From contig CAWHWQ010000001.1 in NCBI GenBank assembly GCA_963833095.1, forward strand, positions 32,001 to 96,000: a stretch of DNA of 64,000 nt, read 5' to 3'. The notes under the pieces are model-generated. The model did not search any database and was not told where the DNA came from. It was given only the letters and a program-made list of their open reading frames with translations. This stretch comes from Vulcanimicrobiota bacterium (GTDB lineage: Bacteria > Vulcanimicrobiota > Vulcanimicrobiia > Vulcanimicrobiales > Vulcanimicrobiaceae). The translations under genes and the position numbers were made by a program. Every line of letters starts with the position of its first letter. Position 1 is the first letter of the stretch. Below are positions 42,318 through 54,950 of the stretch, piece after piece.

Positions 42318-45300
42318 ATGCAGCGAATCGACGGACGCTTCATCTACTCCGCGAGCGATCTGAATAATGCGCTCGAGTGCGAACATCTCACCGAGCTCGA
42401 AGCAATGGCAGCGCGGCACGAGCTCGAACGCCCGCAGGCGGGCGACACCGCGGCACTGCTCTCGCGCAAAGGCGACGAACACGAGGAACGCCAGCTCGAG
42501 CGATATCGCAAACAGTACGGCGACGCACTGGTCTCGTTTCCATCCCAGAGCGGACATACGCTGGCCGAGCTGGTTGCGGCACAAGGACGGACGGTTGAGG
42601 CGATGGATGCCGGAGCGCCGTTCATTTACCAGGCAGCATTCTTTGACGGCACCTTTCTCGGACGCACCGATTTCTTGCGGCGGGTCGAACGTCCGTGCGC
42701 CCGGTGGGCCTGGAGCTACGAGGTCATCGACGCAAAGCTTGCGCTCACGCCAAAGCCTTATTATCTCGTGCAGCTTGCTCACTACAGCGCGCACCTTACC
42801 GCCATCCAAGGCACCGCTCCGCAATCGATGCACGTCCTGCTCGGGAGCGGTGCGGAGCGCGCCTTTCGCGTCGACGATTTTGCCGCCTACGAACGCCACT
42901 TGCGGGCGCGGTTCCTTGCCAAGATGGCCGGCGGTTCGAACGTGACGTATCCGCTCGAGGTCGCGCACTGCGACATCTGCCGTTGGCACGATCGCTGCGC
43001 GCAGCAACGGCTCGCCGACGATCACTTGAGCCTCGTCGCGCGAATCCGGCGCGATCAGATCCGGCGGCTCGAGGGAGCCGGCACTACAAGCATGACGCAG
43101 CTCGCAAGCGGCGAGCGCCCCTTCGGCATGGACGAGCGAACGTTTGCGAATCTGCAGGGACAAGCGGCGTTGCAGGTCATCGGGCGTCGCGAACGTCGTA
43201 ACGCCTACGAATTGCTCGACGCCGAGGAGGGCACCGGCTTCGAATTGCTGCCGCCGCTCGATCCGGGCGACCTTTTCTTCGACATCGAAGGCGACCCGCT
43301 CTACGCTCCTGAGCGCGGGCTCGAGTACCTGTTCGGATTTTATTGTCCGAGTGACGAACGATATGTATCATTTTGGGCGCGTTCCGCCGCGGAGGAACGC
43401 ACCGCATTCGAGGCCGCAGTTGACTTTATGTTCGCGCGTCGCGAGCGCTATCCGCGGATGCACGTGTACCACTACGCCTCATACGAGACGAACGTGCTGC
43501 GCCGCCTGATGGGATTTTACGGAACTCGCGAGCGCGAACTCGATGATCTTCTGCGTGGCCAGACCTTTGTCGATCTTTTCGCCGTGGTACGGCAGACATT
43601 GCGCATCTCGCAGCCGAGCTATTCGCTCAAAAAGCTCGAGCCGTACTACGGTATGCAACGCGAAACCGGCGTGCGCCGCGGCGACGACTCTATCGTGATG
43701 TTCGAAACGTGGCTCGCCGACGGCGGCCAAGAGATTCTGGATGACATCGAGCGCTACAACGCCGATGACTGTCGTTCGACGCATCTCCTTCGCGAGTGGC
43801 TGCTCGAGCGACGTGCCGAGTATCAAGCGCGATGCCAGCGAACGTTGGCATGGCGCCAGACCGAACCCGCGCCGGCTCCGCAAGACCCCTCGCGCAGTGA
43901 GCTGGCCGCGCAGCTGCTCGATGCGATCGTCGCACCAAGTTCGCTACGCGAACTGCGCGCGAGTGACGAATCAACGCGCGCGCGGTGGCTGCTCGGGCAT
44001 TTGCTCGACTATCATGCGCGCGAAGCCAAGCCCATCTATTGGAAATATTACGATCGCCTCGAGAACGTCGATCGCTTGCTGGAATTCGACCACGAAGCCC
44101 TGGGTGGTCTCCGACTGCGCGATGACGTTCCACCGTACAAGGTTTCGCCTCGCGATCGAAACTTGGTGTATACGTACACGTTTCCCGACCAAATGCACAA
44201 CCTTGGCACGGACAAGCCGTACTGCCCGCATACGCAAGGCCCGGCGGGAAGCATCGTGTGGCTCGACGACGACCGGAACGAAGTACGGGTAAAGCTTCAC
44301 GGGTCGATTCGTCCCGACCGCCTACGCGCGCTTATCCCGGGCAAGCCGATTCAGACCAACGAGCAACGCGAGGCGCTCGCGCGCATCGCTCAAGCCTATC
44401 TGGAGGGCACGCTCGAGGGCGCGCACCCTGCAACGGTCTCGTTGCTCTTAGGCCGTCGGCCGCGCACACGAACGCCGCGCGAACGGATGCAACCCGAGGT
44501 CGTCGATGCTCGATCGATCGGTGCGCTGATCGCCGACCTCGACGACAGTCACCTCGCTGTTCAAGGACCGCCGGGCAGCGGGAAGAGCACGCTCGCCGCG
44601 GCCGTGATCGCCGAGTTGCTCGCGACGGGTAAGCGGGTCGGTATCGTCGCAGGCGGCCACAAAGCGATCCACAACCTCTTGCACAAAATCGAAGCCCATA
44701 CCGCGCAGATGGGACGCCGCTTTCGCGGACTGCAGAAGTATTCGAGCACAACCGAGGGGTCACAATATGCTTCCGAGGAGGCGGCGAGCTGGATCGAGGC
44801 AACGCCCGACAACGCTGCGTTTGACGGCGTCCACGACTTAGCAGCGGGCACGTCGTGGCTCTTCACCCGACCAGCGATGGCGGGGCGTTACGATTACCTG
44901 TTCATCGACGAGGCGGGACAAATGAGTCTTGCCGACGCCCTTGCGTGTTCGGTCGCGGCGCGAAACGTCGTCCTGCTGGGCGACCCTCTCCAACTCAAGA
45001 GCGTCTCGCAGGGTTCGCATCCGCCCGGAACCGATCTCTCGGTTCTGCAGCACCTCCTGGGTGCGCGCGAAACGATCGATCCGCGTGACGGCATCTTCCT
45101 CGATCGCTCGTACCGGATGGCGCCATCCATCTGCAGCTTCATCTCGCACGCGGTCTACGAAGATCGCTTACTCGCAGCTCCCTCCTGCGCGCGTAACCGC
45201 GTCGATGCGCCCGGATGGCTAGGCAGCGGCCTGCGCTTTCTTCGCATTACGCACGACGGCAATACGCGCTCGTCCGACCAAGAAGCGCGCGCGGTGGCCG

Positions 45301-45728
45301 AAGCGGCTCGCGAGCTGCTGCAGGGGACGGTTACGATCGGCGAGCGGGCGCCGCGTGCTTTAGAGGAGAGCGACCTGATCGTCGTTTCGCCGTACAATGC
45401 GCAGCGCAAGTTGATTCGCAAACGCCTCGAGGAGCAAGGGCTTTCCGAAATCCGCGTCGGCACGGTCGATAAGTTCCAGGGTCAAGAAGCGGCCGTCGTG
45501 CTGTATTCGATGGCGACCTCGAACGACGGCACGCTGCCGCGCGACCTAGAATTTCTCTTCGAGCGAAATCGCCTTAATGTGGCAATCTCGCGAGCCCAGT
45601 GCCTGAGCATCCTGGTGTGCTCGCCTGATCTGCTCTCGGTCCGCTGCTCGACGCCCGAGCAGATGGCCCTGGTAAACCTTTTGTGCGCCTTTGTTGAAGA
45701 AGCCTCGACCGCAGCCGCGGCCGCCTAG
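42318..45728 (+). CDS. TM0106-family RecB-like nuclease / RNase H-like / SF1 helicase fusion
   Basis: GRTDFL..EVIDAKL, FFDIEGDP, YSLKKLE, YNADDC, QGPPGSGKS, IDEAGQ, GDPLQL, GTVDKFQGQE, NRLNVAISRA. Confidence 0.92.
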   Translation: MQRIDGRFIYSASDLNNALECEHLTELEAMAARHELERPQAGDTAALLSRKGDEHEERQLERYRKQYGDALVSFPSQSGHTLAELVAAQGRTVEAMDAGAPFIYQAAFFDGTFLGRTDFLRRVERPCARWAWSYEVIDAKLALTPKPYYLVQLAHYSAHLTAIQGTAPQSMHVLLGSGAERAFRVDDFAAYERHLRARFLAKMAGGSNVTYPLEVAHCDICRWHDRCAQQRLADDHLSLVARIRRDQIRRLEGAGTTSMTQLASGERPFGMDERTFANLQGQAALQVIGRRERRNAYELLDAEEGTGFELLPPLDPGDLFFDIEGDPLYAPERGLEYLFGFYCPSDERYVSFWARSAAEERTAFEAAVDFMFARRERYPRMHVYHYASYETNVLRRLMGFYGTRERELDDLLRGQTFVDLFAVVRQTLRISQPSYSLKKLEPYYGMQRETGVRRGDDSIVMFETWLADGGQEILDDIERYNADDCRSTHLLREWLLERRAEYQARCQRTLAWRQTEPAPAPQDPSRSELAAQLLDAIVAPSSLRELRASDESTRARWLLGHLLDYHAREAKPIYWKYYDRLENVDRLLEFDHEALGGLRLRDDVPPYKVSPRDRNLVYTYTFPDQMHNLGTDKPYCPHTQGPAGSIVWLDDDRNEVRVKLHGSIRPDRLRALIPGKPIQTNEQREALARIAQAYLEGTLEGAHPATVSLLLGRRPRTRTPRERMQPEVVDARSIGALIADLDDSHLAVQGPPGSGKSTLAAAVIAELLATGKRVGIVAGGHKAIHNLLHKIEAHTAQMGRRFRGLQKYSSTTEGSQYASEEAASWIEATPDNAAFDGVHDLAAGTSWLFTRPAMAGRYDYLFIDEAGQMSLADALACSVAARNVVLLGDPLQLKSVSQGSHPPGTDLSVLQHLLGARETIDPRDGIFLDRSYRMAPSICSFISHAVYEDRLLAAPSCARNRVDAPGWLGSGLRFLRITHDGNTRSSDQEARAVAEAARELLQGTVTIGERAPRALEESDLIVVSPYNAQRKLIRKRLEEQGLSEIRVGTVDKFQGQEAAVVLYSMATSNDGTLPRDLEFLFERNRLNVAISRAQCLSILVCSPDLLSVRCSTPEQMALVNLLCAFVEEASTAAAAA

Positions 45729-45763
45729 AGGAGAACCTCGCCCCGGCCTTGGAACTCGCAGGT

Positions 45764-46639
45764 ATGCAACACCGGCCCAATTGGATCACCGGCATCGCGT
45801 TACTCGCGATTCACGTCGGCGCTCTCCTCGCGTTCTTTCCCGCGTTCTTTTCGTGGTCGGGGCTTATCGTCGCGATCGTCATTTCGAATCTCACCGGCGC
45901 CTTCGGCATCACGCTGTGCTACCATCGCACGCTGACGCACCGCGCGCTGCGAATGGTGCGGCCGCTCGAGTACGCGACGGCAATCATGGGTGCACTCGCC
46001 TTTCAGGGCGATCCGATCAACTGGGTTGCGACACATCGCATTCACCACGCGCACGCCGATCGTCGCGGCGACCCGCATAGCATCCGCCGCGGGCTGACCT
46101 GGGCCCACGTTACGTGGCTCTTCCGCACCAACGAAAATTTGCCCAGCGACGCGCAAGCTAAACGCTACACGCCCGACCTCTGGCCGGATCCGGTCTATCA
46201 AGCGTTGCGCTATCTCTATGTGCCGATGCAGATCGGCCTGGCGGTGCTCCTCTTCGTCCTCGGCGGCTGGTCGTGGGTTGTGTGGGGCATTTTCGTGCGC
46301 TTAGTGTTTACCTATCATGCCACCTGGCTCGTGAACTCAGCCGCGCACGCCTTCGGCTATCGCACCTATCGCACGCCGGATCGATCGGTCAACTCCTGGT
46401 TTGTCGCATTGGTTTCTTGGGGCGAAGGTTGGCACAACAACCACCACGCCTTCCCGTTCTCTGCGCGCCACGGTTTGAAGTGGTTTGAGATCGATTGCAC
46501 CTGGTGGGCGATCAAAGTAATGGCCGCGATGAAGCTGGTAGATAAAGTCCGTGTTCCGACGCGCGACATGCGTGAGCGTCTGGCCGGCGCCCAGAAAGAT
46601 CTGCAACGGCGCTACTTCCGCCGCATGACCCTGGAGTAA
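45764..46639 (+). CDS. Delta-9-type fatty acid desaturase
   Basis: His boxes HRTLTH, HRIHH, HNNHH; GEGW. Confidence 0.93.
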   Translation: MQHRPNWITGIALLAIHVGALLAFFPAFFSWSGLIVAIVISNLTGAFGITLCYHRTLTHRALRMVRPLEYATAIMGALAFQGDPINWVATHRIHHAHADRRGDPHSIRRGLTWAHVTWLFRTNENLPSDAQAKRYTPDLWPDPVYQALRYLYVPMQIGLAVLLFVLGGWSWVVWGIFVRLVFTYHATWLVNSAAHAFGYRTYRTPDRSVNSWFVALVSWGEGWHNNHHAFPFSARHGLKWFEIDCTWWAIKVMAAMKLVDKVRVPTRDMRERLAGAQKDLQRRYFRRMTLE

Positions 46640-47433
46640 TGACCGACGACGATCTCCGGCGTTACCAAACGCAAGGATTCATCGTTTTCCCGAACTTCAA
46701 ATCACCGCAAGAGGTCGTTGCGCTGCGCGAACGCGCCGCCGCAATCGTTGACGCGTTCGAACCCACCAGGGCCGCCTCGATCTTCTCGACAAAAAACGAT
46801 TCCGCGCGCAGCGACGCCTACTTCATGGAATCAGGCGAAGCAATTCGCGCCTTTTTCGAAGAGGACGGGCGCACGATCAATAAGATCGGCCACGCGATGC
46901 ACGATCTCGATCCTGTGTTTGACGCGTTTTCCCGCGGCGCGCGCTTAGCGCAGATCGCCGCGCGAGTCGGCTTGCGCGAACCGCTGATCTACCAGTCGAT
47001 GTACATTTTCAAGCAGCCGCACGTCGGCGGCGAAGTTGACTGGCATCAAGACGCCGCTTTCTTCGACACGGATCCACCCAGCGTTACCGCGTTTTGGTTT
47101 GCGCTGGAAGATGCGACGCGTGATAACGGCTGTATGTGGGTGCAGCCGGGCGGACATCGTTCGCCGCTACGTGCGCGCTTTGTGGCGAACGGCGCCGGCG
47201 CGCGTTTGCATTCGGTCGACCCGGCCCCGTGGCCGACCCTGAGCGAAGCGATTCCACTCGAGGTGCAGGCCGGCGCGCTCATCGTCTTCGACGGCCTTCT
47301 CCCGCACTACAGCGCGCCCAATCGTTCCGCGCATTCGCGCCACGCGTACACCCTGCATGCGGTCGACGGCGCGTCTGCCTACTCACCGGCCAACTGGCTG
47401 CAGCGTACGACGATTCCACCGCGCGGGTTCTAA
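46639..47433 (+). CDS. Phytanoyl-CoA dioxygenase family (PHYHD1-like) 2OG-Fe(II) oxygenase
   Basis: NKIGHAMH, QSMYIFKQP, WHQD, HYSAPNRS..R. Confidence 0.9.
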   Translation: MTDDDLRRYQTQGFIVFPNFKSPQEVVALRERAAAIVDAFEPTRAASIFSTKNDSARSDAYFMESGEAIRAFFEEDGRTINKIGHAMHDLDPVFDAFSRGARLAQIAARVGLREPLIYQSMYIFKQPHVGGEVDWHQDAAFFDTDPPSVTAFWFALEDATRDNGCMWVQPGGHRSPLRARFVANGAGARLHSVDPAPWPTLSEAIPLEVQAGALIVFDGLLPHYSAPNRSAHSRHAYTLHAVDGASAYSPANWLQRTTIPPRGF

Positions 47434-47474
47434 CCGATGGAATAGCCGGGGGAATCCGCCGATTATATAGGGGT

Positions 47475-47894
47475 ATGGCCGACATTATGCATCTGGTCAA
47501 AATTGCCGTTCCCCCCGAACGGGTCTACGAGGCGCTTACGACGCCCGAAGGGGTCCGCAGCTGGTGGACCCGTGACGCCGATCTCGATGCCGTCGCGGGC
47601 GGTACCGGCACGTTCCGGTTCCACGGCGGAAGCGACGTAACCGCGGTTACGGTGAAAGAACTCGAACCGCCGCTGCACGTGCTCTGGAAAACGGAATCAT
47701 CGTTTCGCCCCGAATGGGAAGGCACAACGATCGTCTTCGACTTGCGCGTGGACGGCGGGGGAACGGTGCTTTCGTTTGCCCACCGCGGATTTGAAACGGC
47801 CGACGAGCGGTATGCGATGACGACCACCGGCTGGGGCGTGTATCTGTCCAGCTTGCAACAATATCTCGAAACCGGCAGAGGGAACCCAGGATAA
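47475..47894 (+). CDS. SRPBCC (AHSA1-like) domain protein
   Basis: PERVYEALTT.EG..SWW, EWEGT, LSFAHRG, GWGVYLSSL. Confidence 0.85.
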   Translation: MADIMHLVKIAVPPERVYEALTTPEGVRSWWTRDADLDAVAGGTGTFRFHGGSDVTAVTVKELEPPLHVLWKTESSFRPEWEGTTIVFDLRVDGGGTVLSFAHRGFETADERYAMTTTGWGVYLSSLQQYLETGRGNPG

Positions 47895-47923
47895 AAAAGA
47901 GACCCGATGATCACGCATCGGGC
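47893..47923 (-). terminator. Intrinsic terminator downstream of rpoC
   Basis: Minus strand CCCGATG-cgtgat-CATCGGG followed by TCTCTTTTTT. Confidence 0.7.
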
Positions 47924-47933
47924 CTGTTGTTTC

Positions 47934-47996
47934 GTCGGTCCCTCGACTACGCTTATGAACGCTACGCGTTCAATTGCTACGCTCGGGATGACAAGC
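47934..47996. repeat. REP-like repeat copy D
   Basis: gtcggtccctcgacta...gctacgctcgggatgacaagc with inner hairpin tgaacgc/gcgttca. Confidence 0.8.
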
Positions 47997-47999
47997 GTA

Positions 48000-51800
<3,801 letters not shown>

Positions 51801-51950
51801 GTTGAGGAGAGCTCCTGGTACGAGTGCTATCCGGGTCGCCTACGCAGGGTACCGCATCTCACGTTGTCGTAAGGGGTCCCACCGTCGCTCCACCGGACCA
51901 ACCGAGCAGCCACCCTCGTCAGAGCGGTACCGGTCCAGGCACAGGCAGAT

Positions 51951-51979
51951 AGTATACCACTGCCAGGAACCCGACTCAA
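51951..51979 (-). promoter_or_regulatory. sigma70 promoter of rpoC
   Basis: TTGAGT, 17 bp spacer, TGgTATACT. Confidence 0.8.
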
Positions 51980-52001
51980 GGGTGGGGTAGTTGCGCTCGC
52001 G

Positions 52002-53267
52002 ATGCCGCCCGACGACACCCAAATGCGCGCCGCGCTACGGTCAATTTTCGACGCCGCGGTTGCCAGCGCCGACCCGCGAAAGGTCTTGGCTGCCCACCTC
52101 CCGCAGCCGCCCTCCGGCCGCGTTATCGTGGTGGGCGCGGGCAAGTCGGCGGCCCTCATGGCTGCAGCGCTCGAGGCTGCCTGGCCGCAGGTTCCGCTCG
52201 AGGGACTCGTTGTAACGCGCTACGGCCACGCGGTTCCGACCCATTCTATAGAAGTACTGGAAGCGGCCCACCCCGTTCCGGACGCTAACAGCGAGCGAGC
52301 GGCCGATCGCATCCTCGAGTGCGTGCGAGGACTGGGACCCGGCGATACCGTCATCGCCTTGATCTCCGGTGGCGGTTCGGCGCTGATGGCCAAGCCGGCC
52401 CCGGGTCTGACCTTGGCCGATAAGCAAGCAGTCTCGGAAGCGCTGCTTACCTCCGGCGCTACCATTACCGAAATGAACGCCGTCCGCAAGCACCTCTCGG
52501 CGATTAAGGGCGGCCGGCTTGCCCAGGCGGCAGCGCCTGCGCGGGTCATAACCCTCGCGATCAGCGACGTTCCCGGTGACGACCCCGCGACGATCGCGAG
52601 CGGGCCGACGCTCGCCGACCCGACGACCCTCCCCGAGGTGCGCGCAATCATCGAGCGCTACGGCATCAGCCTTCCGCAGGCCGTCCCGCCGTATCTCGAC
52701 CGCGCCGCGGAAACGCCAAAGCCAGGGCAGATCGCGCAGGACGTGCGCTTGATCGCAACGCCGGCCATGGCCCTGCGCGCGGCAGCCGCGAAGGCAAGCG
52801 AGCTCGGCTTCGCGCCCTTGGTTCTCGGCGAGCTCGAAGGCGAAAGCCGGGATCTGGGGATCGTGATGGCCGGCATTGCACGCAGCGTGCGCGCGCACTC
52901 GGTCCCGATCGCGCCGCCTGCGGTGCTCATTTCGGGCGGTGAAACCGTCGTGACCATCGGCAGTGGCCCGGCCGGCCGCGGTGGGCGCAACATGGAATTT
53001 CTTTTGAGTCTCGCGCTCTCGCTCGAAGGTGCGCCCGGAATGTGGGCTGTCGCCGCTGATACCGATGGGCGCGACGGTAGCGAAGATGCCGCGGGCGCAT
53101 TTGTCACGCCCAACACACTGCTTCGCGCGCGAAGCGCGCACGTCGACGCGAGCGACTTACTCAATCGACACGACAGTTATAGCTTTTTCGAAGCGATCGG
53201 GGATATCTTGGTCACCGGCCCGACACTCACCAACGTCAACGCGTTGCGCGCCGTCATTATCGCGTAA
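52002..53267 (+). CDS. Glycerate 2-kinase (MOFRL/TtuD family)
   Basis: GAGKSA, AAHPVPD, LISGGGSAL, RKHLSAIKGG, ISDVPGD, GGET, GGRN, TGPTLTNVN. Confidence 0.93.
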   Translation: MPPDDTQMRAALRSIFDAAVASADPRKVLAAHLPQPPSGRVIVVGAGKSAALMAAALEAAWPQVPLEGLVVTRYGHAVPTHSIEVLEAAHPVPDANSERAADRILECVRGLGPGDTVIALISGGGSALMAKPAPGLTLADKQAVSEALLTSGATITEMNAVRKHLSAIKGGRLAQAAAPARVITLAISDVPGDDPATIASGPTLADPTTLPEVRAIIERYGISLPQAVPPYLDRAAETPKPGQIAQDVRLIATPAMALRAAAAKASELGFAPLVLGELEGESRDLGIVMAGIARSVRAHSVPIAPPAVLISGGETVVTIGSGPAGRGGRNMEFLLSLALSLEGAPGMWAVAADTDGRDGSEDAAGAFVTPNTLLRARSAHVDASDLLNRHDSYSFFEAIGDILVTGPTLTNVNALRAVIIA

Positions 53268-53315
53268 CGTTGGCCGAGGAGGCGCCTCCTGCGGTGGCTA
53301 ACCCACCAAACATAA

Positions 53316-54377
53316 ATGCCCGCGAAACGATCGACACCGGCCTCCGGGTCGGGTCTGGCCGCGGTAGCTGAACGCGCTGGTGTTTCACTCGCGACGGCTT
53401 CGCGCGTCCTGACCGGGAGCAGTCATCGTGTCTCGCGCGATTTGCGTGAGCGGGTCCTTCACGCTGCAGAAACCTTGGACTACGTCCCCAACGCTAGCGC
53501 CCGCAGTTTGAGTACCGGCATGCGCAAGATCGTCGGTGTGCTGCTCCACGACATGCTCGATTCGCAGAACTACGAGTACATTCGAGCACTCGAAGAGTCC
53601 GCCGACCGCGCCGGCTGGCTAATCATGCTCGCAAACGCGAGTCGCAACGTCGAAAAAGAGTTCCGCTACCTTCGCGAGTTTCGTGCCGAGCGCGTCGGCG
53701 CCATTGTCCTCGGTGGTTCGGGAATCGATGATGACGAGTACCGCGCGCGTCTGAACCGCGAGCTGGAAAGTTATGTCAAACATGGCGGACGCGTGGTTGT
53801 GGGCGCGCGGCACGGCTTGCCGTTCACGGAGTTCGTTCCGGACAACGTGGGTGGTGCGAAGGCCGCGATCGAACATTTGCTCGAGCGCGGACATCGCCGC
53901 ATTGGAATCATCACCGGACCCCGTGCGACTACCGGCACGACGGATCGGCTCCTCGGCGCAAAGAAGGCGTTAGAGGAACAGCGGCTCGCGTGGGATGAGT
54001 CGCTCGTCGTGGAAGGCGACTCACGACGCGCGAGCGGTGTTGCAGGATGCGAGCGCCTCCTCTCGCGTGCTCCCGACATCACTGCCATTTTCGCGATGAG
54101 CGACGATATGGCGTTTGGCGTTTACGAGGCGGCAAGCGCCCACGGCCTGCGGATTCCGATGGACCTTTCCGTTATCGGATACAACGATGTTGCGATGGCG
54201 CGCGTGCTCTCGCCGCCGCTAACGACTGTGAGCTATCCGACCGCCGAACTCGCCCGTGGAGCTGTCGAGGCCTGCGTCGGAGAGGTCGCGCTCGAGCGGA
54301 TGCACGTCGTTGTTCCAAGCGAGTTGATCGTTCGCAAGAGCGTCGGCGCTCCCCGCGTGATGTCCGGCGGCACCTAG
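53316..54377 (+). CDS. LacI-family transcriptional regulator
   Basis: VAERAGVSLATASRVL, YVPNASARSL, DLSVIGYND, PPLTTV. Confidence 0.93.
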   Translation: MPAKRSTPASGSGLAAVAERAGVSLATASRVLTGSSHRVSRDLRERVLHAAETLDYVPNASARSLSTGMRKIVGVLLHDMLDSQNYEYIRALEESADRAGWLIMLANASRNVEKEFRYLREFRAERVGAIVLGGSGIDDDEYRARLNRELESYVKHGGRVVVGARHGLPFTEFVPDNVGGAKAAIEHLLERGHRRIGIITGPRATTGTTDRLLGAKKALEEQRLAWDESLVVEGDSRRASGVAGCERLLSRAPDITAIFAMSDDMAFGVYEAASAHGLRIPMDLSVIGYNDVAMARVLSPPLTTVSYPTAELARGAVEACVGEVALERMHVVVPSELIVRKSVGAPRVMSGGT

Positions 54378-54416
54378 CGTTCGAACGACCATCGGCACGG
54401 GTATAAGGTCCCCGTT

Positions 54417-54950
54417 ATGGCTATCATCGGAATTATCGGCGCAGACGATCGAGCGGTCGCTATCGGCAAAATGCTGAAGCATGGCGGCAACGTCGTCTGC
54501 TTCAGCGACCTTGACGACGACCGCACATCACAATCAGCAGCAGAGGTCCTCGGCGAGGGAACGTTTGCTACTACACCACATCAACAAGCAGTAACTTGCG
54601 ACACGCTGTTCCTAACCATTCACTGGCAAGACCTCGAGCGAGCGCTCGTCGAACTGGGCACGTATAAAGACGGCATCGTGGTTGATGCCACGCGGCCTCC
54701 GGATCTCGGGCAGCTCAGCGGTGCAGAGCTGCTCGCGCACAAGCTCGACAACCCGCACGTCGTCAAGGGCTTCGTCGAGCCGCTTGACGGCGACGAAAGC
54801 GAGTTCATTCGCATTGCCTCGGATGATCCGGCGGCGCGCGCCGAGGTCGGGGAACTTATCGCGCACTGCGGACGCAGCGCACTCGACGTGGGACCGCTTG
54901 CGAACGCCCGCACAATCGAACGCGCGGTCGCCGAACACCTTTCACGGTAA
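54417..54950 (+). CDS. Shortened F420-dependent NADP reductase-like Rossmann protein
   Basis: IGIIGA, IVVDAT, SGAE, VVKGF, ASDD, DVGPL..AR.IE; glycine-rich loop degenerate. Confidence 0.65.
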   Translation: MAIIGIIGADDRAVAIGKMLKHGGNVVCFSDLDDDRTSQSAAEVLGEGTFATTPHQQAVTCDTLFLTIHWQDLERALVELGTYKDGIVVDATRPPDLGQLSGAELLAHKLDNPHVVKGFVEPLDGDESEFIRIASDDPAARAEVGELIAHCGRSALDVGPLANARTIERAVAEHLSR

